A stretch of 64,000 nucleotides of DNA from Iphione sp. A-MEVVRFRX5. Its lineage: Eukaryota. Of this stretch, positions 37,970 through 51,063 are shown piece after piece (positions within the stretch are counted from its first letter, which is position 1; every line of letters starts with the position of its first letter). The notes beneath the pieces are model-generated. The model did no database searches. It was not told the origin of the DNA and was given only the letters and a program-made list of their open reading frames with translations. Made by a program: the position numbers and the translations under genes. The stretch lies in assembly GCA_976226885.1 (NCBI GenBank), contig OZ320315.1, positions 97,526,001 through 97,590,000 of the forward strand, given 5' to 3'.

Positions 37970-40317
37970 AGCTGTTGAGAAGATGATGCCACTCCTCAAC
38001 ATCATTATTTGTCCTAATGGAGCTCATGAAAGCCCTCCAAGAGCTAAGTTGCCATGTGGGTAATCCATGTGCTGTTTACATACTGATTGAGATCTCTTAG
38101 GTTCTCTGGAGCTTTCTCTTGAATTTTAGTTAATGCTGTCCTGATATGCTCTTGTGGAAGAAAAGGCAATGCCATGATGTTTCATGACTTTATGCAGATC
38201 ATTATGTTAAGGTATGATGTCTGAAAGAAGAATATAAAAAGTTTAATCTGCTTTGCAATCATCTGTAAGGTAATAAGATTTACTTTACCTATAAATGGAC
38301 TATCATAAACAAATGAAAAAAGGGTGACATATTTACCATAGCATATTGATTTTTCTAAAAGATATACTGTGGATAAGACACTAGGAAATACAGACACTGG
38401 TAGGTGGACATTGTGTATGATTTAGAGTATTTGTCATGCTCTAAATTGGCAACAATATCAGTTAACTCACCTGAAGCCCCAGTTCTTGAATTTTTCTCCA
38501 GACTGCTTGAGTCCAGTGAAATAGGCATTCCTGGATACTTGCCCTAGGAAAACAGGACTGAACTCCCTTCCAGATGGCCATTTCAAAGTCAGTGACAAAA
38601 GCTCCACTGCTGATGGCTCAGGCAGGAGCTCCAGGATAGCTTTGGACACCTTTGGAACAAATGGATACTCAAGATGTTTGAAACAACTCACAAAAAAGCA
38701 TCGTGCTGCTAGTGAAAAGCTTACATGTTCATAAGCTTACATTTCTACATGCTTAATATTATAGAATATGAGTGGTGTCCCTTAGAATAAACCATGGCAC
38801 AAATAAATGATGATAATGATGCAATATGATATCACAAGGCCAATAAATGTAAACTTGTACTTTCTTATAATCTTTCTCCTGTCTCCGGGACTTTAAAACA
38901 AAACCAAGTAGCACTTGCTTCATGTCACCCTCTGCATTCTTCAGGAAGGCATGGATGGTGAATAATTGGTGGAACAGATGTTCGACTGTTTTGAATGTGC
39001 CATCAATGTACTATGTTCTTGCTGTGCAGAGGAAATGCAGTTGCTCTTGGGTTCAAGTTAAGATGACACTGGTCATCTATCTTGATGTTATATTTGAAGA
39101 AACTATCAGGTAATTGGCCTGATCGAGCTAAAGATGGAATTTGACAATTATTCATACTGTATCAACCCATTGTATGAAATTTAAGTAATTACTAATATGT
39201 ATGAATTGCATTAATCCAGAATATATTTTCTAAAATAAGCCTGTGGCAAATTCTGCAAACTTGTGAGAAATATACACAGCACAAAATACCTAAAATTCCA
39301 GATTCTGATGGATGTTTTGGGTGGTACCCCTCCCACAACCTGGTTGCTGCCCCGATGAGACTATTCAGGAGAGGCCGGCTTGCTGACAGGTTATTTGAAT
39401 TTAAATCTGTCACCATCACAGACATTACTATTGGTGGGGTTGGTTACTCTAGATAAGGTCAGTTGCAGCTGCTTTCTCAGGACATGTCTCTTGACCTGTG
39501 AAAAGAACAAATGTATTGTAGCCTTATTATGATAAGCAATATATATGTATTTTCAAAGTTCAGAATAGGGTTAAACAAGAAATGAACTTGTAAGATTCAT
39601 TACCACCTACTATATGGAGGACATGGAATATACATGGCAAAATATGCAGGAAAAAACTGGAAGCATTTCATGATTTGCTTTTTTCACTTTACTTTCAGTT
39701 CTCTATTTCTAATTGTGCTAATATAGTTGCAGTTATCCATACTTTACCTACTGTCTACTGACAGTGCCAGGCTTTGGCTGATGGGTGTGAGAACATCTTC
39801 CAACCCTTATTTCTTCATCATGCTGAAAATGCTTGCCAGGCACTTCATCTGCTTATTTCGGACTATGCAGTAACATGTTTTGCATGTGTTTATCCTCTTC
39901 TGTAAAAACAAATATAGTTTATATTTATATAAGAAAGAGAAGTGTTTATATCCCATGTTCAGTTCAAGGCCGATGGGAGTATATCTGTAAAGGATGTAAA
40001 ATGATATGTATTATGGTAATTATACTTTATGATCATACATGATTTTGATGGTAGAACATGCTGGATTCCACTATATTTGTATGTATAATCTTTCCACCGA
40101 AATGTATAACAAAACAATACATTTATAGAGCATTGTGCAAATTATAAACAAGCCATGAATAACTTTAAGCACCTTCACTGTGTATTCATATCCTTTACTG
40201 TCGGCCAGTTTCTGGGCCTCTTGTTGATCTACCTTGGATGATGTAGGTGACACAGGGTGCACTGGCCTCTGCATTTTCTCTGTGTCTGCCGTTGTCTTTG
40301 AGGACAAACCGATAGTC
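37970..40317 (-). mobile_element. Intron-containing FLYWCH-MULE transposase pseudogene (about 6 exons)
   Basis: Exon-like blocks: YIIQGRSTRG/QKLADSKGYEYTVK (40317-40173); YCIVRNKQMKCLA..HTHQPKPG (39899-39748); AATDL..PKHP (to 39290); YIDGTFKTVEHLFHQLFTIHAFLK..KQVLLGFVLKSRRQEKDYKK (39118-38861); VSKAILELLP..DFEMAIWKG..FP..IQECLFHWTQAVWRKIQELGLQ (38649-38471, GTGAGT donor); MALPFLP..STWI..RTNNDVEEWHHLLN (~38180-37970). Gaps have GT..AG ends. Confidence 0.85.
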
Positions 40318-40918
40318 CTGTTTAAAAATGTCTGAAATTATCATGCATACATAATAAGTTCATGCCATGTATTCTTTGTAACGTCATGTGCATTTTCCAT
40401 ATTTATAAGATGGCACCTCTTCCCTATCCCAGAACATGTCATTGCAAGAGACGGTTTTCAGGTAAGCTTACCGCTGTTTGGTAAATTGATTTTGAAAATT
40501 TCACTTTCTTTGAACGTACATTGGGGCGAGTTCAATGAAATAAAATCACATTTCTAACATCATTTGAATTTATACGATTGGAATGGATAGCGCACCAAAT
40601 CGTTTTGTTTCTGTTTATCAGAGTTTGGATATTTGCATTATTTAAGATTCTGATGTAGATATAATTAAGAACCTATCGACTATTTGGCGGAACATAAGGC
40701 TTACGTATTTTATTAGCTTCAAGCTATAGCACGATGTTTATTGGGTTTATTTTTGCGAATATATATGTGATTTTAACTCCTCTTGAACACTTGTGAAAGC
40801 AAACCAGCCTCCTCTCGCCAAGTGCTCCGCATACTGCATAAATTCAAGTGCTGTGTGCAATTTCATTCGATTTATTAATATTATATGAAGCACAGGAGTC
40901 ATTAGACTTGCCTACCCG

Positions 40919-42100
40919 CTAGATGATCCTCTGATCATCTAGCTTTCCTGATGTAGGCTCCTGGGAGTCACAGGACCCATAATCATCTGCTCTTCCTGTG
41001 TCCTCCCCTTGCTTGTCCTGGAGGTCTTGCAGCAGTGTCCTGAGCTGTGAGAGTGGGCTGTTGTCCTCTTCTTCCTCCGTGGCTGGACCGGTAGTTTCTG
41101 GCAGGATGTCAACATGCTTCCAACACTTGGCAATGGTGGTGCTGGAGACAGCCTGCCAGGCCTCATGGATCATCAGGATGGCCCTCCTGACATCTGTGGT
41201 CTGGGGTTTACCTGACTCATTACAGGTTAGGAAGTGCCTGACCAGCCTCCTCCTGTACTGTGCCTTGACAGAGGCAATGATGCCTCCATCCAAGGGCTGC
41301 AGATGCCTGGTAGTGTTAGGAGGCAGGTTGATGATTTTCAGGTTCTTGTAGTTCTTGGTTGTCTTATGGCTGGCTGCATTATCACAGAGGATGACTTATC
41401 TCCTCTTCTGCCCTCTTGCTCTGTCATCTGACTTCTTCAGGAGATCTTCCCACAGGGTTGAAGTCATCCAGGCTTTGGTGTTGTTTCTGTATGTAACAAA
41501 CATGGAAGGATCAAAGTCCTTCCCAAAACACCTAGGTCTGGCTGACTTGCCAATCACAAAGGGCCTGATCTTCTCAGTCCCTGTGACATTGCAGCACAAC
41601 GCAACAGTCAGCCTGTCCTTGGACTGCTTTTCACCCTTCAATGGCCCTGTTGCAAGAGGAGCTCCTGGTTTCAGTCTGAAGAAGAGCCCTGGCTCATCCA
41701 CATTGAAGATGTCATCAGGATGATAACCTTGTAGGAGATTCTTGATGTCTTGCCTTCCTTCCCCTACAAGCTGGTCAGAGACAGATGCAGCTTCACCATG
41801 GGTCTTGTACACCTTGATGTTGTTCCTCTGTCTGAATCACTGGATCTAGCCCGTGCTGCATCCAAAGCTCTCATCCACCCGGAGGTCTTTCTTAAAGACC
41901 TTGGCCTTGTCCACCAGAACTTTATCTGTCAAGACTGCTCCTCTGGCCTTCACATCATTTGACCAGAGGAGGAGGGCCTTCCCCAGGTCAACCTGTTTGG
42001 GACATCTTGCCCTCACAAGGTTGCCCTCCTCATCAGGCAGGGACAGCCAGTGGTTCTTCTTCTTGAAAATGTCAGTCAGGGTAGCTTTCCCAACTTGAAA
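40919..42100 (-). mobile_element. pogo/Tigger (CENP-B-like HTH plus DDE_1) transposase remnant, 5' truncated
   Basis: FQVGKATLTDIFKKK..LLLW..KAK..G*IQ*FRQRNNIK..HGEAASV; DDIFNVDEPGLFFRL..KQSKDRLTVALCCNVTGTEK..VIGKSARPRCF..Y..NTKAWMT; DGGIIASVKAQYRRRLV. Confidence 0.92.
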
Positions 42101-42109
42101 TCCACATGT

Positions 42110-42600
42110 GATAAAGTTGAAGTCTGTTTTTTAAATAATTCCTAAACCAGTTTATTTCCCATCCGAAACCTATATATTGTAGCTTTTTAGTAACAAAACA
42201 TGATTTACTGAGTCAAATGCCTTTCTGCAATCGACATATATGGCACCGACAATTTTGGCATTTATTTTTTCAGACATGCTAGAGCAGTGCCTGTACTAAA
42301 ACCTGGACAAACCATGCTGACTATGTGATAATTTTGAATTTTGTAATTAAAATTCCACTACCTGATTAAATACATTTCTTACCCTCCCATTAAAATGTGG
42401 GGTTATAGTGGCCTGTTTGCAGTCAGTTGACAATAGAGATTGGTTTAGTATGTTTACTATTTCCTTTTCCATTACTTGTAATATATCTAGACATACCGTT
42501 ATATTTATCCCATTCCTCCTTGTCGGTTTATTTTTTGTTAGTTCTTTTACCAGTTTTCTATATTCTAACCTTGTAATTAGATCATGCTTAAGAAAATATC
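42110..42600 (-). mobile_element. Internal CR1/L2 reverse-transcriptase fragment
   Basis: LTKNKP..GI..LNQSL..KQATITP; SQHG; VGAIYVDCRKAFDSVNHVLLLK; WFRNYLKNR.Q on the minus strand. Confidence 0.75.
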
Positions 42601-43989
42601 ATTGATAATTGTGGATACTGCATCTATTGGGACTATATGATCATTTTCATCTTCAAGATCAATCAGTATCTGTTCTTTGTCCTTCTCATGATGTATGTTA
42701 CTATTCGTTTTCCTAGATTGTTCAAATATTTAATCCTTTATGAAATTGCTAACTGGATGATCATTTCTGTGTATGACATAGAATACCCATGGAGTCGGTA
42801 AATGAGGCTTGGTATTTTCCTACACCAATAAATTCATTGTTCTAATAATAATACTATCTATTGTCTCTTGTTGATTTCCTCACACTGCATGGAAAAACCG
42901 TTTGCAGCATTCAATACATCCATGACCACTCCCCTTATTGGGCACCCCACAAGCGGAACATGAATATGCCACGACATAGTAAATCTCTTGATCAGCTTGA
43001 TTTGAGGGTGAAACCTATAAAATATATCAAATATCCGGGCTGAGCTTGACTTGAATAACCCTGGTCAAAGGCTTAGTTGACCGCAACCACAAGCCACCCA
43101 CAATTCTGGTAGAAACGTACATTAAAATATATCAATATCCTCTATCGGACTATGGATAACTGCGTATTAATGCAAGTCACCTGCCTAATCGACTTCTGAT
43201 ATATATGGCATTGCAAACTCTTAGTACCTTATATAACTCTACCAGCCCAGCCACCTATACGACATGTTGCAAATTCTGAGTACCTGCCTGACCTCTTATA
43301 CCTCATACTGAAAACTCTGAGTACTGACCTTGCCTTAATTATTTAAACTCATTTCAGAGGATCACAGGACCACCTTAGAGAGCTGCTCCTGTAACAATAG
43401 CCATGATATATTTGTTGGGGAATAGGGATCGGACCTGAAATACCCAAAGGTGACAGCAGGGCAGGAGCTGCCTGCTGGGGAACCCTCGTAAGTTCTCAGG
43501 GCATTGCTGCCTTCTCTCTTGGGTCTGTCTTGGGCTGTTGTTGATGCTTCTATGGGACTGCCAGGACATGAGTGCTGGTGATGGGTATCTATAGCCTCCT
43601 AAGGAGCCTCATGCACCTTGATTTATTTGTAGCAGACACACTTGAAGTCATGTGCAGGATTGCCACATAGTTGTACCAAAGACGTTCAGTTTTGCCTTCT
43701 TGAGGTTAATGTAAACAATTATATGGTTTAGCCTGATATTAATTTTCATCCATGCTCTAATGGAATGCAGTTACAGTTAAGTGAGTTTATTTTTACAGTA
43801 TAGGGCAAATGCACTGCCAATGTATGGAAGGGATATTTTTTCTTATTTGTTTATCCTAAAGGACAGAGACCGTATCATCATGAAGTCAGTCCACTGCAAT
43901 CCTACAAGTGGTTAAATAAGATGTTTCTACAATGTGACATCTAACAAGGATGATGTTTTTTGTGAACTCTGATTCTGTAAAAAAACACA

Positions 43990-44270
43990 TGGATGTTGAG
44001 TGAACTCCATCACCAATCTGCCCCTCATCTGCCTCACCTACAGGAACAGGAAGGTCAGGTTGAGGTAGCTGATAAGTAAGCTCATCAACCATCCTCACAT
44101 CCTGCACTAGCAAGGAAAGTAAGGGAACAGGCTTCCCATCTCCTATTGCTAGTGGATGATGCTGCTGTAGTGGCTCAACCGCAGGGATGATGACCCTGGG
44201 GTTGTAGTCCGCTACAGGGAGCACAAGCTGCAGTGCCACAGCCACCCCAGCCTAGTCCTCTAACAGTGAA
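43990..44270. other. Diverged single-copy homolog of the satellite core (coding-like, unknown family)
   Basis: Ungapped 27-codon match of 44180-44260 to 36801-36881 with 21/27 second-position identities; open on the minus strand (ORF 43886-44245). Confidence 0.5.
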
Positions 44271-44949
44271 CAGTAACACACGCACCATCCAATAACCTTT
44301 CCTGGCCATGTTTGAATTCTCATAGTGTATATGACAGAATATCTGTTATTTGAGACAAGGGACAGTCACTCCTGGGTAAATAACGAGAAGGTAATTGCTA
44401 ATGCTGCAACCATTATGTAGATCACTTGATTTAATTACCTTCTTGATACAAACGTTTTCTTTGAAATACCATACTAGCTGCAATCATCAAGTTGACATGA
44501 TTTTAGAGAAATATGATGACCTGGGCAGGGCATGAAAAAACAGCATAGGCATTTTGCCAAACTTTCTTTAGCAGCCCAGTAATAATAAGTACTTCTTTGG
44601 GAGGGCCAATACCAAACTTAGATGCAGGTGAACGGTAGTTTAGGTGGTCATTAACCTTTGTTTAATAGACTATAATAGGTACCAATGCATCTGTCACAGG
44701 CAGGCTGCCATGGGTGTCGGGCCGACAAAGCCTGAACTTTGCACACAGTGTAGCATCCCCCTGCCCATCTAACCTTGTTTATGGTGCTGTGGCAATACAC
44801 AAAGGTATGGCATGGGAAAATATACAATGACATTAAATAAACTCCTCCTCCATTCCCCATTGATCACTTCTCCTCCATTCCCCATTGACCACAAGTTGTC
44901 TTCATCTAAGTTCAGTCCACAGGAAGCTGTGCAGATTACAAGCAACACG

Positions 44950-47790
44950 GTGAACTACATAGCCATGTTTGGGTTCTCGTGGTGCATGCGAGAGAATGTC
45001 TGTTCACTGTCCTGACTAGGAAGCATGAGTGGATGATGAGGATCCTTTCCTTGATGGGTGGTAGTCCTGTCTCTGATTGGAGGTTGGTGATGTGTGTGTA
45101 CCTGGGTGCAGCCAGGAATTTCCTGAGGGTGACATTCGGTTGCTTGTTGAGCCTTTCTAGCAGGGTGTTAGCATTTGTGTTGGCCTTTCGGCTAGTCAGT
45201 GGGTGACCTAGGAGGAGGCTTAGAGCAGGGGCTGCATAATCAACAATTGACAGTACAGCCTATGTGTAGAACTGTCTCAGGACCCTGGTGTTGGCTCCCC
45301 AGGAGAAGCTGGAGAGGACTGTCATGACTTGAGTCCATTTTGGAGGTTCTTGATGATGTGGTCAATGGCTAGACGGAGCGTGAGCCTGTTATCCAGGACT
45401 ACTCCTAGGTATTTGTAGTTGCTGACCCATTCAATCCTGTCTCCATAAAAAATCAACTCCCATCCTGGGTTTGCCTTTGTGAAGTGGATTGCTTTCGTCT
45501 GCGGGAGGGATGCCTTCAGCCCTAGGGTCCGGCATCTGGTGAGGACCTCTTTTAGTGCATTTGTCATTGTTTTCCAGGCATCACTTTGGTCTGTGCGTAC
45601 TATAGTGACATCATCTGCATAGGAAAGCATGGTTGTGCCTGGGATATCTTTTGCGATTCCTGTTAGCTTCAAGGGTATTCAGTGTCGCTCTGTGTCCTTC
45701 TGGTAGATTGCTTGGTTTGGTCCTGTTTGTAAAAAGGCTCTACTAGCTCTTCTGATCTGCCTTGTGGTGGGGCTCAGGAGGGGACCTGCCTTTTACTATC
45801 CTGATTTTGTCCCAGAGCTCCTTGGTAGTCATCCTCTCATTGAATGAGTTGCGCCATTCTTCCCATGCTTTTGTCTATTCCTCTGTGTAGACCTGTTTTG
45901 CCCATTCCTGTGCCTTCTTGAGGGCAGCTAGGGCAGTAGGGGTATGATTGTTGTAGTAGTGTTTGGCAAGCTTGTTTACTGCGGCTGTGGCATTGCAGCA
46001 TCTAGTGGTATTGTACCACCAGTGGCGGATGTGGGTCTTCCTAATTGGCGGGATATGTTTCTCCATGGCAGATTGCAGGGCAGCTGTGAAAGTGTCTGGG
46101 GAGATTAGGGACCCAAGGCCTTCTAGTTTGGTCATGAGCTCCTCATTGATTTTATGGAAATCAGCTTTCCGGAAGTTGAGTCTTGAGCTGTTTGGTGGAG
46201 GGGGGGTTTTGGGGTAGACCGGTGTAGACCAGCTGGGCAAAGTGATCTGAGAAGAGTTCTGGTATGATTTTCCAGTTGACTTTGGTGGCCACTTGTAGTG
46301 TGGCTAGAGCCATGTCTATTGAGGAGCCTGATTGGTGGGTTGGTGTGCCAGTGTTTAGGATGGCAAGTGCTGTGGTTTCCGAAAGCTCTTGGAGAAACTT
46401 AATTCCATTGTAGGAGTCCCTGTTCTTGTTCAAAAGGGGTGCCCAGGTGATGGTAAAAGTTGGAGATCATCAGAGCCTTTTGCCCTCTTAAGTGAATGGT
46501 TACTTGGGCAGAGTTAGCCCTCTAAGGGCTTATAGCAGTTATTAAAATTACAGTTATTCTGCACTTGAGGTACGTTTGAATTACCTACTAATTTTAATCC
46601 TCTATAAGCCCTCTAGAGGGCAGCACCCTGAGAATGCAGAATTTCCTCAGTGGTGGGATGGGGTTTATAGTTGGGGCTTTGGTGAGTAAATGGAAAGGTG
46701 TTCTTCATGAAGGTTGCTAATCCTTGTGTTCCTTTCCCAGACAGGGCCTCGATGGTTTGATAGCCTGGCAGGGTGAGCCCAGTGGATTGGGCCATGGTTT
46801 CTTGGAGGAGGAGAACTTCCAGGGCATGCCTCCCTGTGTACTGAAAGATCATTTCTTTCTGCTTTCTAAAGCTTGGGATGTTCCAGGATACTAATGTGAG
46901 GCTTTGTTCCTGCTCTTGTTTGTTGGATCCATGATAAGGTTTGACTTTGTCACTACAGATGTCTGGAGGGAATGGGGGCTTCTTTGTTCTTCACTGTGAA
47001 ATGGGTCCATGGTGGAAACTTGGTTCATTATTTCTGTATTCAGAGAGACTGGCAAGTTTTTTTAAAATTCCTTGTAGCCACTCCTCTGGGTCATTGTGTT
47101 TCAGAGAATGTTGATTAATTCAGCAAAGAAGGTCAGGGCCTGCCCTTTGGTTGCGACTCTGTTCTACATGTAGTCGCAGTCGGCACCATGTGGAAGTCTG
47201 TTTCCACAGCCTGAGCATAGGTCCTTGCTCTTTTGTGGCTAGGTTCCCGGGTTTCCATAAGTTGCATTCTGGTTGGCTCCTAGTTTATTCTGTCGGTGGT
47301 GTGCCTGTGTCCCCTGTTTTGCTGGGTTGGGTTTTGATAGGTCTTTTAAGGTGTCGTACCTGGTCCCGGTTGGATTCTGTTGAGAGTTCCCGGGCACGTT
47401 GTATCCTTTGCCTTTGAGAGCTTGGAGAATGGTGTGCTAGGATTCTGGGATCCATGTGGGTGGCTGGTTGCACTGGTGTTGTTGGTGGGTTGAGGAGATT
47501 TCAGATTTCAGATTTTTATTCAACGTCTCCAAATACGGATCAGAGCTATCATTGTCGAACACATTGAAACATATAGTGTGACATATAGGAACATAGTGTG
47601 TGACAAGAATTGATAAAGTAAAAAAGATGAAGAAATAGTCGTTGATAGTTGTACAGGGAGCAAAAATGAATACAGTTGTAGTTAACTGAGGAAAATAATA
47701 TACACGAGTCACATCTTCTCAGTATGGGCATAGACTAGCTGAGTTCGGCAAGCAGAGCAAACGCAAAGTGGTTACTGGGCAAACATGAAT
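44950..47790 (-). mobile_element. I/Jockey-clade-like LINE, internally deleted (ORF1, APE, partial RT)
   Basis: LTLVSWNIPSF, LLLQET..LPGY..G..GLATF, LNTGTPTHQSGSSIDMALAT (APE); RLNFRKADF; MLSYADDVT..YKYLGVVLDNRLT (RT); LQSETGLPPIKERI downstream. Confidence 0.8.
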
Positions 47791-48249
47791 AGTTGGCCAA
47801 CACTAGAAATTACAATGACATCTACAGTCCCCCAGCCATGTTATCCTGGGAAACAGCATTTGGGGCTCATCCTACTGCTAATGCCTTAAGTAGGTTATGG
47901 AGGATCAAAGACAATGGTTAAATCACATGTGGTTACCAACACATACATCGTGCCAAAGGTCATAAGCTGGTAAATACTACACTGAACGAGAAACAATCAA
48001 TCATAGTGAGCCTCTGAAGGAGATCTTCTCTTATCAAACTAATTCAAATATTAGTTGACGAACATTCTTAACTTGGGAGAGGCATGAAGTGCCCGAAACC
48101 TTCTACTCCCAATAGCCGTTACATACAGATGAAGGACTCAGACAGCAAAGGATTGCCCACCGGTTGTTTGGTAGGTCAAGAGATGAGTGGTAGAATGCCA
48201 ACTGCCTATCCAAGTAAATGACTAGGTCTTGGCAGGTGCATTATGGTCT

Positions 48250-49770
48250 TCTTGGTAGCAGTGATTGCGAGAAGATTGTATTCATGAGGTTTGTTATGTG
48301 GTAGACCAGATAATAGTCTTCACCTACAGACTATTTGTCTACCCGCAGCCCCTCCTTTCTTGGCTACCCGCAGCCCCTCCTTTCTGAGATGTGATAGTTT
48401 GTTTGCTGTCAGCTGCTCTGGTGCTTCTACTTTTCATTGGAAGAGTGCCCATTTCCTCTTGGGGGTAGACCCTCTTATCTGTTGTAGTTGCTGCCCTTGG
48501 CTCTTCAGTGAGTGTGGTGTTGTTCCAGCAGTGTGGGACCTCCTGCCAGTGAGTGTGCCATGCCTCCTTCCACCTAGGGCAGGCCTTGCTGATTGCCACC
48601 AACACATCTTCCACATCTTGGTGATGATGCGGGACATTCCCTTGTCGTTACCCGTATGTGTGGCACTTGAAGCACCTGATTACAGCACTGTGGGGTGGTT
48701 CAATCCTGCATACACCGTAACCTCCAAAGTCAACTTTTCCTGGTTCCCTTCATATCTTGTAGAGTTTCAATCCTCACCATCCAAGTGGGGCTTCCATGGT
48801 GGTACATCTGCTCTGCTTTAGTGATGGTTAGTTTCCCTACCAGGTCTTTTGAATTGATGTTTGGGTGGACTCCTTTAAGATGTGCTTGTTTTTTATAGCT
48901 GTGAACTGGTCAGAGGTGGCCAAGGCTCGTGCAGTATCCTTATCTTGAGCTTCTACATAAACTGTTTTGTTTTTCCCATGGGAAAAGAAGTAGCTCCCAT
49001 TAGGGCAGCACTTGTCTGTAATGGGGAAGGGGTAGTCTGGCTTCTCTGTTGCAAAGAAGACTGCTACTGCTCGGTGGGGGTTCCTTTTCCTCTTTTTCCT
49101 GGTGATTGTGATGAACCCTTCTTCTTCATGGTTGTCTGGTTTCTGAACAGATTCCTCCAGCCTCTGGGCCGGCCCCTCACATACCTTCTCCTCAGCCTGT
49201 ATGAGATTCTCCGGCCTGCTGCAGAGCTTATCTCTTGGGTGGACTCTTTGGTGACACTTGGGGATCTATATGGAGGGAAGGAGGCCTTGTCCTTGTCCTG
49301 GGGCCTTGGACCCTCACTGGGGGATGAGAGGTGTACAATATTACCGGCTGGGGGGGACACACTGTCCTTCTCTGTGTCAAACATAGCCTTAACAGGGAAA
49401 GACGGTGCTTCCAGCCCCTCCTCAGGACTGGGTGTCTTGGGGGCTGGTGAAGAGGTGATACTTCTTGTCTCTTCCATCCTGTTGTCAAACTAGTCCAGGT
49501 TATTCTTTGGCTTCATGTGCTGTCACAGAGTGAGTCCAGCCTTCTCTAGGGAGATGTCTAGGTCTTGCTTTGTACTGCTTTGTGTCTTCATACCTAGGCA
49601 GTAAGGGATTTTGAGGAGGAGGAGGGGGGAGGAGGCGGAGGAGGAGGAGGGAGAGGAGAGGGGGAGAAGAGGGAGGAGGAGAGAGACAACAAGAGGGAGG
49701 AAGAGGAGGAGAGGGGAGGAGTAGAGGGAGGAGAAGGGAGAGTAATGGAGCACCTAACGGAACAGTCACA
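48250..49770 (-). mobile_element. I/Jockey-like ORF1 (gag) remnant with zinc knuckles and an S/P-rich N-terminus
   Basis: VIRCFKCHTYG*.. / RECPASSPRCGRCVGG at ~48590-48690; low-complexity K/R/S/P-rich ORF 49064-49477. Confidence 0.55.
49613..49742. repeat. Homopurine (GGA/GAG-rich) low-complexity tract
   Basis: About 130 nt almost entirely G/A on the plus strand. Confidence 0.9.
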
Positions 49771-50299
49771 TGTTCTGGTATGCAAAACTGTACTCTTACA
49801 AACCTGCTTACACTCCTAATAAATTGACTTCTGACTAATCCATGTTATTTTATTAGTACTCCCTCACTTCTCTGTGAATAGTTTGCTGTCAGTAGCCTCT
49901 CTGATAAGGGACAACTTTGAAACACAAAGTAGGACAAATATAAGTGGAATAATATTCATTTTCCTTCACACACCTTAATCCTTCTTTGACTGGCCATACT
50001 GCTTATAAAAAACTTAATGATCAGTTTTTGTGACCGCCTCAATAATACATTCTCAGAATTGGTTTCTGAAACCGATTGCTATTAGCTACTAGCAAACGCA
50101 TCCAGTAAGTCAGATATTCAGTGCATCTGTAGATAACAAGGCTAATGAACAGCAAATCAGATACAAAAGGGGTACGGTATAATGACAGGTCTGTGAATAA
50201 AGTCCAGTGATTGACGTCAGGAGCAGGTAGATAATTCGTTTGAGCTGCAAATCAAACAATTCTTCGACACACAGACAATCTCAGTAGATGAAATAGATT

Positions 50300-50860
50300 A
50301 CTCGATTTCTTTGTACCATAGATTAATGGCAAAACCAGGGATTTCGTCATCCTGATTAAGCAGTCAATCCCTATAAAAAAAGTGTCCAACCGCTTCATTG
50401 ATAGGGTATGTTTCTTGAGTTCCTTGCCGTGGCAAGATTATTGACTATAGCAACATAAAGATTGAGATTGCATTGATTTTGTGTAAATGGGCCATCAATC
50501 TGAATGCAATGGATAGGCAAGAAAACAACAGTATGTGAGTGGGATTTAAACAGCATACTATTTATGGTAGACTTGGACTCCAAGGTATCATAGTCTAGTG
50601 CAAGTGAAGTAGTGTACATGGCCCTAGGTCGACCCTGGTAGTACTCGACAAGATCGTAGAAGCCTAGGTAGAAGGTCGTCACATCAATTTCCTGAGGGTG
50701 GGGGATATTATCAAGCAGACCTGTGACCTCCTTGTACTTGGTTTCAGGAGGAATTGCCATGGTCCAGTCAAACCTGTCTCCCAGGGGGTGCTACAGTATT
50801 CCTCCAAACTTCTGCTCTTGATTGTCAGTAATGAAATTCACCCACACAGCCATGGTGGTA
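50300..50860 (-). pseudogene. Decayed copy of the SGNH-like LINE accessory ORF (family of 53911-54522)
   Basis: VNFITDNQ..G..GDRFDWT..IPPE..IDVTTFYLGFYDL..PRAMYTT..QDDEIP..W...I aligns by eye along its length with ORF 53911-54522. Confidence 0.7.
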
Positions 50861-51063
50861 AGTGCAAATGACATACATGTGGTCATAAGGGGCAGAAGTA
50901 ATCAGCTTTGATCCAACAATAACTCCCGCCTGATAATCATCAGGGCTTCACCCACGTAATTTCTTCCTGGATGATTCCCTATTGGTATAGATATATCATT
51001 GAATTGAATTGAATCAGTTTTTATTGTCTCAAACAATCTCCATCAGGAGCTCTTCAGCGTGGG

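Noticed and set aside
50762-50785. pogo-like TIR fragment CAGTCAAACCTGTCTCC
   Set aside because: No partner TIR or TA TSD, and it lies inside the SGNH-like ORF remnant; probably chance.
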